IMG/VR virus record: IMGVR_UViG_3300009082_000017
Location: 1 to 64,000 of that record
From: a virus
DNA length: 64,000 nt
Direction: 5' to 3' (one strand)
The stretch's first letter is position 1, and each line of letters starts with the position of its first letter. This document shows, piece by piece, positions 1-10,225 of this stretch. Below the pieces are notes generated by a model. That model had not been told where the DNA came from and ran no database searches. It saw nothing but the letters and a program-made list of their open reading frames with translations. The position numbers and the translations under genes are program-made.

Positions 1-375
1 GCGGGAAAAGAATATTTCCGTTGTGCAGTATCATCAAATGGTGGCACAGAAGTTACTTGGGAAGAGCATATCAAAACTTTAGCAGCGGCACAAAGGCATG
101 TAGATTCAGGTGTCAGTAAAACAATTAATTTCCCAAAAATGACCCATCGTGAGACAATGGCTAAAGCAGGGATGTTGGCATGGGAGTTGGGTTGTAAGGG
201 AGTTGCCATGTACAGAAATGAATCTAGGAAAGTTCAAGTTCTTACTCCCAAAGCTCTTAAAAAAGACAAATGTCCTGTTTGTGGCAATGAGCTTGTAGAC
301 ATTGATGGTAAAAAGAAATGCCTTGGGTGTAAATCAGAAATTGAGCAAACCACATCACCATCTTATGATTTATAA
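1..375 (+). CDS. nrdJ: C-terminal part of a class II (B12-dependent) ribonucleotide reductase, truncated by the window edge
   Basis: Frame 1 is open from base 1: WEEHIKTLAAAQRHVDSGVSKTINFP...AWELGCKGVAMYRNESRKVQVL, the RNR C-terminal signature, ending in a CPVC..CLGC zinc ribbon. Confidence 0.85.
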   Translation, partial: AGKEYFRCAVSSNGGTEVTWEEHIKTLAAAQRHVDSGVSKTINFPKMTHRETMAKAGMLAWELGCKGVAMYRNESRKVQVLTPKALKKDKCPVCGNELVDIDGKKKCLGCKSEIEQTTSPSYDL

Positions 376-386
376 AAGGATAAAAT

Positions 387-740
387 ATGCAATTAAAAGA
401 ATATTGCGAAAAAGCTAACAGAACAAATGCCAATCTTGAAACATGGCAACTAAATGATTTGCATATGATTTTAGGCATGATGACAGAAATTGGAGAATTA
501 GCAGATACGTTCAAAAAAGAATTGGCATATAATAAAGATTTGGATTGGGTAAATATAAAAGAAGAACTTGGTGATATTATGTGGTATTGGAGCAATTTAT
601 GCTATACTAATGATTTAGATCCAGAAGAGATTCTAGATATTAATATAGCTAAACTTCAGTCGCGTTATCCTGACAAATTCACAACACATCATGCTACAAA
701 TAGGGATTTGAAGAAAGAACGTACAATTCTAGAATCCTAA
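387..740 (+). CDS. MazG-like nucleotide pyrophosphohydrolase
   Basis: GMMTEIGELADTFKK...EELGDIMWY...NIAKLQSRYP all-alpha NTP-PPase motif; AAGGA SD. Confidence 0.85.
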   Translation: MQLKEYCEKANRTNANLETWQLNDLHMILGMMTEIGELADTFKKELAYNKDLDWVNIKEELGDIMWYWSNLCYTNDLDPEEILDINIAKLQSRYPDKFTTHHATNRDLKKERTILES

Positions 741-750
741 AACAATAAAA

Positions 751-781
751 AATAAAGGTGGCTTAAATAGCCACCTTTATT
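751..781. terminator. Bidirectional intrinsic terminator between convergent genes
   Basis: AATAAAGGTGGCT-taaat-AGCCACCTTTATT perfect hairpin with A/T-rich flanks. Confidence 0.8.
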
Positions 782-809
782 CATATCTACCACCAACCTA
801 AAATCAACC

Positions 810-2351
810 CTAAACCTTAACCAAATATTGCGCCGAACTATATCCTGCCTGTGTAGCAAGCTTTGCCCAACCATTAGAAATATTTAAAACTTCAACAATG
901 TCACCATATTTTAAAGATCCAATAGCAGAATAAGAAGTTCCTTGGCCACTACGAATATATAAAGAATTTGCTGTTACTTTATATTTAGGATAAGATATCA
1001 CATCTCCACCAATAGGATTATTGGGAACAATACAACCATAAGAAGGATTGGCATTTGGATCAATCCCTGCATCTTTCCAACACTGATTGAAAGTTTCAAT
1101 AGGAACTTCTAAATATTCACCACCATTTAGAGGATCGTTAATATAAATATTTTTAGTGTCATATCCTGTTGCCAATACAAAATGATAACCCTTAAATGTG
1201 CTATCCACAATCCCCGCATCTACTAATGTTTTGTATAAAATAAGACAAATAACTGGTTTACCAGAAGATAATGTAGACATCAAAGGTTTCATGTCAGAGA
1301 TATACCAAGTAGAAGAAATTCCATAAGATTTTAATACATTAATAATTTGAGTGGCACTTAGATATACATCTCCACTAGATTGTGCTTTATCATAAAATTC
1401 ATCTACAGTTGGGATTACGTCTTTATATCCTCCAACGATCATGCATCCACAAGCTGCTCCACAATCGTTATTGTGCTTAAGAGCACCCTCTCCTAATTGA
1501 GAAATATAAGGAACATTTAAAACATTCACAAATTTTGTTGATTTTTTAAAAGTCGCAATCACAAGTTCTTCCTCCAACGGAGGAACAACTACTACATTTG
1601 ATCCTCCAAAAATTTTATCTATTGAAATATTTTTATTAATCCATTTGTTCAAATCTAATTCAGACAATCGTGTTCTTTCAATATTAGCATACACTCCATC
1701 CGCATAAAACTTGTCTCCTGATACTTGCCATAAAAGCGCCCTATCTGTTTTATAAAATCTAGGCAAGGTAGGAATGATATCAGTTGTGGGGATTAATGTT
1801 TCAATCTCTGCCCAAGTTTTTTTAACTTTAGTTGTATTATAAAATGTATAATCTGCCCACCATGTATAAATACTTTCTAAATAAGTCCATGCTTCTTTAG
1901 GAAGATAAGCTTTTACAAACCAATTAGCTGTGTACACGATTATAGGAAGGGTTGTATTTTTGGTTAAGTATTCGTAAACTGTTTTAAAGTGTGTAAATAA
2001 ATAATCTTTTGAAAAAGAAGGAAGTGGATTTATTTTTTTAGACCAGTCATCCCAACTTTTCCAATTTTGTTCTACGTCTATAACAATACACGGAACTTTT
2101 TTGTTCTTAATAATATTTACAAAAGATTTTGCTTGTGTAATTGCATCATCAATTGGGTCTTCCCAAAAATAAGGAATCACTATCATCCCCGCATCAATTC
2201 CATTTTTATAATGAGATTCCCACATAGAATCAACTCTACCATTACCACTTGCACATTTTGCAACAATATAATTCTGACCTAAACTTTTCATAAGTTTAAA
2301 ATCAACATATTGTTGATATCTACTAATATCTTGTATTATTTGACTTGACAA
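810..2351 (-). CDS. Modular endolysin: GH25 muramidase + C39-like peptidase + SH3b cell-wall-binding domain
   Basis: DISRYQ, IDVE, IVYTANWF, LLWQ and DLN (GH25); VPYISQ..DCGAAC..HFVLATGYD..YINDP (C39); LYIRSGQGTSY..GWAK (SH3b); TTG start after GGAGG. Confidence 0.88.
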   Translation of the reverse strand: MSSQIIQDISRYQQYVDFKLMKSLGQNYIVAKCASGNGRVDSMWESHYKNGIDAGMIVIPYFWEDPIDDAITQAKSFVNIIKNKKVPCIVIDVEQNWKSWDDWSKKINPLPSFSKDYLFTHFKTVYEYLTKNTTLPIIVYTANWFVKAYLPKEAWTYLESIYTWWADYTFYNTTKVKKTWAEIETLIPTTDIIPTLPRFYKTDRALLWQVSGDKFYADGVYANIERTRLSELDLNKWINKNISIDKIFGGSNVVVVPPLEEELVIATFKKSTKFVNVLNVPYISQLGEGALKHNNDCGAACGCMIVGGYKDVIPTVDEFYDKAQSSGDVYLSATQIINVLKSYGISSTWYISDMKPLMSTLSSGKPVICLILYKTLVDAGIVDSTFKGYHFVLATGYDTKNIYINDPLNGGEYLEVPIETFNQCWKDAGIDPNANPSYGCIVPNNPIGGDVISYPKYKVTANSLYIRSGQGTSYSAIGSLKYGDIVEVLNISNGWAKLATQAGYSSAQYLVKV

Positions 2352-2675
2352 CTTTCCTCCTTTGTGTTATACTAAACAAATATAATAGCAAAAGAAGACT
2401 TGCTATTTGCACCTTCACAACTTTATAATAAATAAGAACAAAATATAGCCATATAAGCTATATTCGCCAATTATAGACAAAAGGGCTATAATGTTAAGTT
2501 ATAGCCCTTTATTACTATAAATGCGCATAATCCATTATTATGTCTTATTATGCGCATATTACTCTTTCCGTTTCGGAAATAAATAATAAAATATACTTCC
2601 GAAAGCGACATTAAATATTGATTTCTCTTCCTAAATTACAATTAATTTCCCATGAAATGTTGATTTTATTAGGTA

Positions 2676-3305
2676 TTAAAAAAACCACATTGGAGACAAT
2701 ATACTTGATAAAATAGGAACTAAAGCCATCCCTATATGCGCATGGTCGCCACTATGATTCCACGTCATTGTTGTGTTAATCCCCGTGGCTACCTTATAAG
2801 AACAAAAAGTGTAATTCCCAGAATAAACATCAGTTTGCCCTACGCCTGGAGTAGAATCAGAAACGAGATAATAAGAATTCCAATCAACAACAAGGTCTCC
2901 GCTGGCAGAATCGGCAACTGTTATATTGGGGATACTACTAGTTGCGCCATCAGTATAAACAGTTCGATGTGGGGTGCTTTGATTTACATTATAAAATGAA
3001 ACTACAAGAAAAGATTCTCCATTCGTAGAATCAGAAGAAAAAGTATAAGAATTTGCACCTATAGGCGGATTTATTAATTGATATAACCTAGTAAAACCAC
3101 GATCATTTACATTTCCTATTGCTGCTAATTCTGTCCATCCAACAGGTTCACCAACATCAAAACCACTACCGTCGCTATGAGCAGATACATACACTACCCG
3201 ATTAGGATAATTAGCAATTGTAAAAGAAACAGTACTATTCCCATACGGCATTGCTTGCCTTTGAACCACATCAATCCCTATAGACGTTCCAGAAATAGCT
3301 GTCAT
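2676..3305 (-). CDS. Putative tail-associated or receptor-binding beta-rich protein
   Basis: 209 aa, S/T/G-rich, at the end of the tail-fibre cluster; AGGTGG SD. Confidence 0.5.
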   Translation of the reverse strand: MTAISGTSIGIDVVQRQAMPYGNSTVSFTIANYPNRVVYVSAHSDGSGFDVGEPVGWTELAAIGNVNDRGFTRLYQLINPPIGANSYTFSSDSTNGESFLVVSFYNVNQSTPHRTVYTDGATSSIPNITVADSASGDLVVDWNSYYLVSDSTPGVGQTDVYSGNYTFCSYKVATGINTTMTWNHSGDHAHIGMALVPILSSILSPMWFF

Positions 3306-3386
3306 TTATGCCACCTAATTACAAATAAATTTATTTTTATTAAATACATAAAAGCTCCATTTCATGGAGTGCGTTTACTATGTTTC

Positions 3387-4973
3387 TCATGGCATATTCC
3401 TAAATGTAGGAGATACTTGCACATTGAGAACTCCCGTTCCGGACGCACTAGTAATAGCCCATACTTTGTCTCCAGTAAAAACAGTATTTAAAGCAGCTAT
3501 CGTCATTGGAGATGCCGATGTTGAAGAATCAAATTCAGAAGCATCTATTGTAACTAAATTGGTAAGCATACTAACTCTAGTCATTGATGAAGCGCTGCTT
3601 CTTAATATATTGAAACTAGGAGAACCAGATGTAGAACTTCCGCTACCATTAGAAGCGCCACAAGACGCAGCTCCATCTGCAAGCTTCCACCCATTCATAT
3701 ATTTTGGAATACGAACATATTGTTCTTCTCCGCCAGCTAGAGTGGTTGTCCCTGTCACCAAAGGTATACAAACTGTTTTAACACCATAATTTGATTGGGA
3801 CAAACCACTTGCCGAAACTAAAGCCGTGGCAGATGATCCAGAAGACACTTGAGTAGCAGAGGCTATTAATCCACTAGATGCAGAAGTTATATGCCCTGTC
3901 GCATCAATCGTAGTACTCGACAAAGTATATGTTCCTGCAACTACTCCAGAAGTATTATGCGTTACATAAGTGCCAGAAGCACTAAGAGGGGAAGATGCAT
4001 TCACATTTACCGCTAAAGTCGATGCAGTGGTATCAGTCGTTATGGTTGTTCCACTACCTGTAATCAATTTTGTATGTAAATAAATTTTAGAAGCTGCGAT
4101 GTTATTTTCAATTGCCATTCCACTACCAGCAGTTATCAATTTGTCATTTGTTAATGTTGAATCAAGACTTCCAAACACGACATAATTAGCAGTAGAGGGA
4201 GCAATAGAAGAAGCTGCTGTTTCAGAATTAATAGTCACAGCCGAAGATGAACTATTAGCAGACAGTGTAATATTGGTTCCAGCAATAAGATTGGCAGTAA
4301 CCGCAATAGTGGATGCACCAGTATTACCAACTAAACCAATACCACTTCCGGCAATAATTTGGGTCTCATTTCTTAAATTTGAACTAAGTTGAGTTACCAA
4401 AAAATAACCATCATTGGTGGACAAACTAGATGCAGAAATTCCACTACCTACAATACCACTAGCAGATCCAAGTAAGATTTCTGTGGCAACTGTTGTTGTA
4501 ACATTAACTTGATCTGCACTGGTTCCATCAACCCACAGCCAATACCCACCTACTAAATTATACATAAAAAAGTGAGGTCTTCCGGCAACTAAATCGCCAG
4601 AAGTTAGGTTCCCCGCGATTCCATTACTTGCAATCTTATATAAAGATTTTATTCCTAAAGAATTAATGTTTAGTGTAGTTGTTCCGGTACTAGTCACATC
4701 TAAAACCAAATTAATAATTTTACCATCTGTGTAAGCGCCAAAATTAGAAACTGTTGCAATATAATTATTAGTTGCTGCTTCTGTCGCATTTGTCAAGAAA
4801 GGTGTACTGCCTTGTAAAGACACGACAGATGCACTAATATTAGTCGCAAATAAATCTATTTTTGTCATATTAGAATCTGTAATATTATCTTGTGCTAAAC
4901 GCCAATCAAGAAACTTTACCGCACTTCCAGCGGCTTGAGTTGTTCCGCTTAACCCCAAAGTTGAAGTTGTCAT
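3387..4973 (-). CDS. Tail fibre protein
   Basis: TTTLNINSLGIKSL fibre motif, repeated IAGSGI/AGTNITL units, GHITSAS; S/T/A/G-rich. Confidence 0.7.
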   Translation of the reverse strand: MTTSTLGLSGTTQAAGSAVKFLDWRLAQDNITDSNMTKIDLFATNISASVVSLQGSTPFLTNATEAATNNYIATVSNFGAYTDGKIINLVLDVTSTGTTTLNINSLGIKSLYKIASNGIAGNLTSGDLVAGRPHFFMYNLVGGYWLWVDGTSADQVNVTTTVATEILLGSASGIVGSGISASSLSTNDGYFLVTQLSSNLRNETQIIAGSGIGLVGNTGASTIAVTANLIAGTNITLSANSSSSAVTINSETAASSIAPSTANYVVFGSLDSTLTNDKLITAGSGMAIENNIAASKIYLHTKLITGSGTTITTDTTASTLAVNVNASSPLSASGTYVTHNTSGVVAGTYTLSSTTIDATGHITSASSGLIASATQVSSGSSATALVSASGLSQSNYGVKTVCIPLVTGTTTLAGGEEQYVRIPKYMNGWKLADGAASCGASNGSGSSTSGSPSFNILRSSASSMTRVSMLTNLVTIDASEFDSSTSASPMTIAALNTVFTGDKVWAITSASGTGVLNVQVSPTFRNMP

Positions 4974-5000
4974 ATTTCTTTCCTCCTCTCTTTATGGGGA

Positions 5001-5498
5001 TTAAACCACAAAGTCCATTTCTGATAAATAATAATCATCTAAATCCGATAAATAATATGTATCCCAATAAGATAGTGTATAGAATACGGCTACGGTTGCT
5101 GTTGCTATAATTTTTATTTTTTTAATAATCAAGTTTGCCGTTGTTATTCTCAATAATTGTCTTAAACCCCCAATAAATTTTATCTTTTTTATAGATACGG
5201 TTTGAATAATGTTATATAATTCTCTCCATACCGCTGTTAACTTTATCTTTTTTAGAGATAAAGTTACAGGTAGATTTTGAAGTAATTTTGGGAATCCCGT
5301 AGAGATTGCAAATTTTATTTTTTTAACAACTAAAGTATCAATAAACCTTAATAATAAACTAGTTTGAGTGATAACAAACTTTATTCTCTTTATTTTTAAA
5401 GTTTGATACCATGCAGCAGAAAAACTAAAATTATCAAGAATAATTTCAAATACTCTAGCAGGAGTTAATTTTACATTAAATGTATGGCGACCGCTCAT
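5001..5498 (-). CDS. Hypothetical tail-region protein with periodic KKIK repeats
   Basis: GGAG SD; K(K/R)IK recurs 5 times about 22-24 aa apart; acidic C-terminus. Confidence 0.55.
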   Translation of the reverse strand: MSGRHTFNVKLTPARVFEIILDNFSFSAAWYQTLKIKRIKFVITQTSLLLRFIDTLVVKKIKFAISTGFPKLLQNLPVTLSLKKIKLTAVWRELYNIIQTVSIKKIKFIGGLRQLLRITTANLIIKKIKIIATATVAVFYTLSYWDTYYLSDLDDYYLSEMDFVV

Positions 5499-5513
5499 AG
5501 GTCACACTCCTTT

Positions 5514-5924
5514 TTATCCAGCATTAAGATTTGATATAGTTAATGAACCAACTGAAAAATAAACAGTAGTGTTGGCGGCTACAGCTTTTGATGTGGGCAA
5601 AGCTTCCCAAAAATATAATGCCCCACCTGATGCTTGATTATAAAAACCAATATGTGTAATTGTTCCCCATGATGCAGTTGATTCAGGGAATGTTATTGCC
5701 GTTCCATTTGTTTTTGCTCCAGATGATGCTGCTGGAAAATTTGTTGCATTGTTTGTTATTGCTACACGAGCATATGCTCCTGAACTGGGTTCGGTAAAGG
5801 ATGTCCCAGCCTCTGTAGGTGTTGTTGTTGATAATGCGCAGTACCATGAAGAAGGTGGGGTTAAAGTCACCGCTCCAAACCAAGCATCTAATGTTGCGTT
5901 TTCAGCTACAGTTACGCCACTCAT
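5514..5924 (-). CDS. Minor tail structural protein
   Basis: YCALSTTTP..YARVAI..TNGTAITFP.ST.SWGTITH pattern typical of small tail proteins; GGAGG SD. Confidence 0.65.
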   Translation of the reverse strand: MSGVTVAENATLDAWFGAVTLTPPSSWYCALSTTTPTEAGTSFTEPSSGAYARVAITNNATNFPAASSGAKTNGTAITFPESTASWGTITHIGFYNQASGGALYFWEALPTSKAVAANTTVYFSVGSLTISNLNAG

Positions 5925-5946
5925 TAATTATTCCTCCTTATTTTAA

Positions 5947-6309
5947 TTAAACGTTCGGACTAGGAAATATCACTAATTTACCTTGTGCAGGTTTATGAAC
6001 TTTCCCTAAATAATCCACAATGACAGGCATATAAATATATGTTCCTGACAAATTAATACTACAAGCACTAGCAAACGTCGCGGTATACTCTCCTAATGGG
6101 CTACCCGTAATTTGACCTTCTAATGTAATAACATTATAAGTAGGATCACCATATGGGAAAATTTGAATACTGGTAGTTGCAGCATTTAAATCAATTAAAC
6201 TACTCCCGCTATCATATACATTGCCCGTAAAATCTTGTTCATCTCCCGCTATCATTTGTATAATGGGAAGAGTATTTGCATTAATACATTCAAAAGAAGA
6301 TGTAGTCAC
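5947..6309 (-). CDS. Baseplate/tail accessory protein (BppU N-terminal-like)
   Basis: AGDEQDF..YD..LIDL..LSGTYIY..QGKLVI pattern; position in the tail module. Confidence 0.5.
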   Translation of the reverse strand: MTTSSFECINANTLPIIQMIAGDEQDFTGNVYDSGSSLIDLNAATTSIQIFPYGDPTYNVITLEGQITGSPLGEYTATFASACSINLSGTYIYMPVIVDYLGKVHKPAQGKLVIFPSPNV

Positions 6310-6314
6310 ATTAT

Positions 6315-6521
6315 TTATTTATCCTCCTTTTTTGGTATATTTTCTTTTGTATTATCTATTATTGCAGGTTTATTCTGATTCTCTATTTCTTCTTGAGTAC
6401 TTATATCATTAATTATATTTTGTATTGTATTAATAGATTCTCCCAATGCTAAAATATTTTGATGACCAGAAACCGATAAAACATTTAAAAGTTGATAAAT
6501 TCTAATTAATTTTTCTTTCAT
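6315..6521 (-). CDS. Small hypothetical protein
   Basis: 68-aa ORF packed between tail genes, with SD. Confidence 0.55.
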   Translation of the reverse strand: MKEKLIRIYQLLNVLSVSGHQNILALGESINTIQNIINDISTQEEIENQNKPAIIDNTKENIPKKEDK

Positions 6522-6524
6522 TTA

Positions 6525-9224
6525 TTATGACCCTCCAACATAAATTCCTCTCACAAATTGCAAAGTTGATGTCCCTGTGTTTGTTGAGTTTCTAACAGTA
6601 CGAGTTGCCGATATACCAGCAGAACCTAACGCGTAATAATTGTTAGAATAAATTGCCCCAAAAGAAGGATTATCCCCAGAATTATAAAAGCCTTGAGAGT
6701 TTACCCAAGACTGAGTTGCAACTAAAGCAGCAGCACTTCCCATATAGATATTCCCAACAACGCCTAGGGTTCCATAAATCACAGTAGTCCCTGCATTTAT
6801 TTCAAACGTCCCCCCACCAAAAGCCGTTATTTTAGGAACTCCTGTTCCGCTAGTGCCAAGACTACCTCCACCCCAGTTTATTGTTCCTCCATAAATTCTA
6901 TCGGCACTCATAACCCCCGCAGTAATTTTATTAGCACTAATACTATCAATCTGGCTATCATAAATCAATCCTTGTAAATTATTGGCATAAATATTTCCGC
7001 TAAAATAACCCGTAGCACCATTTATTACACCTGCATTTATAGTTGCGCCACTAATAACTCCACCGGTAATAGTTGCCCCTGTTATTGCCCCACTAAACGT
7101 ACCTGTAGCACCACTCAAATCACCAGTAAAATGTAAATTACCCGCAGTGTCAGCATAAAAGGTATCTGTCCAAGTTCCACCTATTTGACTACGAATTTTT
7201 ATGCCATTTGAAGTATCGAGAAGTATTTGGTTGGTGTTGGTAGAGTTGGTTATGTTTAGGGTTGCATCTATTAGGGTTGCACCAGAACCGTCTAATAAGA
7301 ATTTATTATTTTCATTTGTAATAGTAAGTTGGTTTCCGGCAATCATGTTCCCGATTAAATAATTCGAAACTAAACCAAAACCGTATCCTCCCCCTGGAAG
7401 AGAAATTTTGCCTAGTGCTAATTTTGATGTTGCCCAATTATCATCAGTAAAAGCAAGCATATTATTTACCATCCAAAATTGCTCTGGATTATAAAGACCA
7501 CCACCAATGTCTTGCCTCCCCCTTAACCCATTCTCACTTAATATAATATTTTGAGCACTACCGCTAATCACATTATTAGTCGCAGCATTTAAAGCACTTG
7601 TAATAAAAGTGTTAACCTCATTATTAGTATAAGATGCACTTGTATTCCAACTAGTAGAATTCACTTTTGTGGTGGTCGCAGAACTAATTGGGTTATTCAT
7701 TAAATCACTATATTGATAAGCAGCATCATCTAACCTTAATCTATTTCCAAATATTAATTTAAAATCATCAGGATTATCGTAATTTAAATCATATCCCAAC
7801 AATATAGGATAGCTAATAATATTTGGTTTTATTTCAAGATTGATAATAGAACCCATAACCAATTCGTCTGTAAAACTTTCAAATAATTTTATTAATGGGA
7901 AATTAATACTATCCACATCAAAATTATATCGAGGTTCGGATGCTCTTGACAACAACCCTACTGCCTGATCATATAAGCCTTGAGCTTGCTCTTGTATTTC
8001 AGGATTAGTCATTGTGCTTGTTTGTATAAAATTTTCATTAACATAACCAGATTGAATAATGAAAGGTTGTAGTTCTATGATTTGCGCTTCAGTAAAATTG
8101 GACGAAAAAGAAAGTAAAGTGTTAATATCAGTTAATTGTGAAACCAAAGTTGTTATTGCGCCTTCGATACCATCTATATCTGAACTTTTGTCATCTATTT
8201 CAATTTGTTTTGCAGCCAAATCCGCATTAACACTAGTCAAATCTAATCCTTGCTGTATTCTTACAAGACGAACATTATCTATAGCACTATATTCTCCCTG
8301 CAAAGTAACCAAATCAGAATTCAATGAAATCAATGTTTCATTGGCATCTAGCAAAGCAGTAAGAGTTGTGGCATAAGTTGGTTGATTAGCATCCACTAAT
8401 ACTTCCCATGCTGTGATTGCATCTACCAATCCTTGACCCATCCATTCGGTTGTTTTAAAATATGTAAAGTCATAAATTTCATTCGTTCCCAAAGGATTCA
8501 CTTGATTAATAGATAAATCCCCACCACCTAAAACCGTTAAAGATGTTATTAGCTCATCTGATATTTCATCTAATTGAATACTTTCTATAACATTATTATA
8601 AGAAAGATATATGCTTGTTTCGGTGGTGGAATCAGACAAAGAATAAGCAGATATTGTTTTGTTTATAGTATCGAATTGAAATACACATTCATATGCTTCT
8701 TCAACTTTTGTCATAAGAAAATTATATACAGTCGTATCAGTAACATCGAATGTTCTATATTTTATTGCAACATCAGCACCTATTGTTCCTATTGACCAAT
8801 CGGGAAGCAAATCTATAATTGTTTGCATTAATGTTCCGACAGGAGTAATTGGATCATAAAGTTTATATGTTCCTTTAAACACACCTATTTTTTTATAAAT
8901 AAGTTGTACTTCAATAGATTGACATTTTATTTCTTTATAAGTTTGAATACCATCGCCTTTTTCAGTATTCCCAACAATTTGAAAATATCCAAGATTCTCA
9001 ACATATACTAATCTTCTATTGACAAGATAATCGTAATATGGCATTTGTTCACCATTGATATATTCTCTTGCCGAGAAGGATAATTCTGATAGGGTGTTGA
9101 AACGAGGTGAATATTTTCTGTCTGATATAGCGCTGAGTGCGTATAACTGTTCTCCTGATGGATTGCATAAAATATAATTTGGAGTTTCATAGAGGTTAAA
9201 AGCATCAAAATTAATAATTCCCAT
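6525..9224 (-). CDS. Tail tip / baseplate hub (Tal-like) protein
   Basis: 899 aa directly after Dit; hub-like N-terminus, central coiled coil, C-terminal Gly-rich GAT(I/G)T repeats. Confidence 0.72.
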   Translation of the reverse strand: MGIINFDAFNLYETPNYILCNPSGEQLYALSAISDRKYSPRFNTLSELSFSAREYINGEQMPYYDYLVNRRLVYVENLGYFQIVGNTEKGDGIQTYKEIKCQSIEVQLIYKKIGVFKGTYKLYDPITPVGTLMQTIIDLLPDWSIGTIGADVAIKYRTFDVTDTTVYNFLMTKVEEAYECVFQFDTINKTISAYSLSDSTTETSIYLSYNNVIESIQLDEISDELITSLTVLGGGDLSINQVNPLGTNEIYDFTYFKTTEWMGQGLVDAITAWEVLVDANQPTYATTLTALLDANETLISLNSDLVTLQGEYSAIDNVRLVRIQQGLDLTSVNADLAAKQIEIDDKSSDIDGIEGAITTLVSQLTDINTLLSFSSNFTEAQIIELQPFIIQSGYVNENFIQTSTMTNPEIQEQAQGLYDQAVGLLSRASEPRYNFDVDSINFPLIKLFESFTDELVMGSIINLEIKPNIISYPILLGYDLNYDNPDDFKLIFGNRLRLDDAAYQYSDLMNNPISSATTTKVNSTSWNTSASYTNNEVNTFITSALNAATNNVISGSAQNIILSENGLRGRQDIGGGLYNPEQFWMVNNMLAFTDDNWATSKLALGKISLPGGGYGFGLVSNYLIGNMIAGNQLTITNENNKFLLDGSGATLIDATLNITNSTNTNQILLDTSNGIKIRSQIGGTWTDTFYADTAGNLHFTGDLSGATGTFSGAITGATITGGVISGATINAGVINGATGYFSGNIYANNLQGLIYDSQIDSISANKITAGVMSADRIYGGTINWGGGSLGTSGTGVPKITAFGGGTFEINAGTTVIYGTLGVVGNIYMGSAAALVATQSWVNSQGFYNSGDNPSFGAIYSNNYYALGSAGISATRTVRNSTNTGTSTLQFVRGIYVGGS

Positions 9225-9238
9225 TCTTATAACCTCCT

Positions 9239-10063
9239 TTAACCACCTATTTTAATTCTAGAATAATAAGTAATTGTGAATGTTCCGATACCCGATTCAA
9301 CATGCAAATGATTTGCACGAGGAACTAACCTAAACCATTTTTTATTAAAATTAGATAACCTACGCAATCCAGTACTTGAAACAATTGTTTGTGTCTCACC
9401 ATTTATAACAATTTCTTCATTTGAAAGCAATCCCGAAAACAAAAATTCTCTTGCCACAGAACTCCCAGAAATAGTTTCAATATCATCTGCGTTGGTTATA
9501 CTAAAACTATTACCAACAGAGTTGAGCGCAAAAGAAAAATTTGTATATAAATAGTCATCATTAGCACTATCGTTATAGATAACCAGGTCATCTGTAATAA
9601 CATTATCTCCAGTATATGTTCTAGTTACAGTTTTCATGGGGCTATAGGCGAAAGCAGAATCACAAACTGCCACACACTTAAACCCAATATTTACATTGCC
9701 AACATAATAAGGCTCTGGTTTTGTTAAAAATACATTGAACCATGCGCCATTTAAGTCGTCTTGTAATATTTTCAATTTCTTGCGAGATGAACGTCCAAAA
9801 AGCCAGTTGCTTATTATGTTGCGTTCCATTCCAGATAAAGGAACATCAGTGACAAAAGTTAATGGAAACGAAAGCACTTGATCTTGTGAAACACCTAAGT
9901 CATATACCTTATCATGACGATAAACTTTTTGGGTATGTATAGTTGGGTCTGAAGAACCTATGCCACTATATAGTCCACCGCTATCAAAATTGACAATACT
10001 TAATTTATAAGTTTGGGAAGGGATCGAATCGAATTCGAAATCTAAGGTCGTAAATTGTGACAA
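9239..10063 (-). CDS. Distal tail protein (Dit)
   Basis: Directly downstream of the tape measure; FEFDSIPS, CDSAFAYS, NFNKKWFRLVPRAN Dit-type motifs. Confidence 0.72.
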   Translation of the reverse strand: MSQFTTLDFEFDSIPSQTYKLSIVNFDSGGLYSGIGSSDPTIHTQKVYRHDKVYDLGVSQDQVLSFPLTFVTDVPLSGMERNIISNWLFGRSSRKKLKILQDDLNGAWFNVFLTKPEPYYVGNVNIGFKCVAVCDSAFAYSPMKTVTRTYTGDNVITDDLVIYNDSANDDYLYTNFSFALNSVGNSFSITNADDIETISGSSVAREFLFSGLLSNEEIVINGETQTIVSSTGLRRLSNFNKKWFRLVPRANHLHVESGIGTFTITYYSRIKIGG

Positions 10064-10148
10064 TTATCCCTCCTTTCTTGTTTTTATACTATATTCAGTA
10101 TTTTTTATCATTTTTATCAAAAATTCACATTTTTCTCCATATTGACAA

Positions 10149-10183
10149 AAGAGAAACTATTATGTGAGGTAATAGTTTCTCTT
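10149..10183 (-). terminator. Intrinsic terminator after the tape-measure gene
   Basis: 14-bp stem AAGAGAAACTATTA/TAATAGTTTCTCTT with a short U-run on the minus strand. Confidence 0.6.
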
Positions 10184-10225
10184 CACCATTTCCTCATAAA
10201 ATACCAATTTCATGTGGTATTAAAT

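Noticed and set aside
2676-9224. Diversity-generating retroelement or invertible tail-fibre cassette
   Set aside because: No reverse transcriptase, no TR/VR repeat pair and no inverted duplicate fibre ends in the window.
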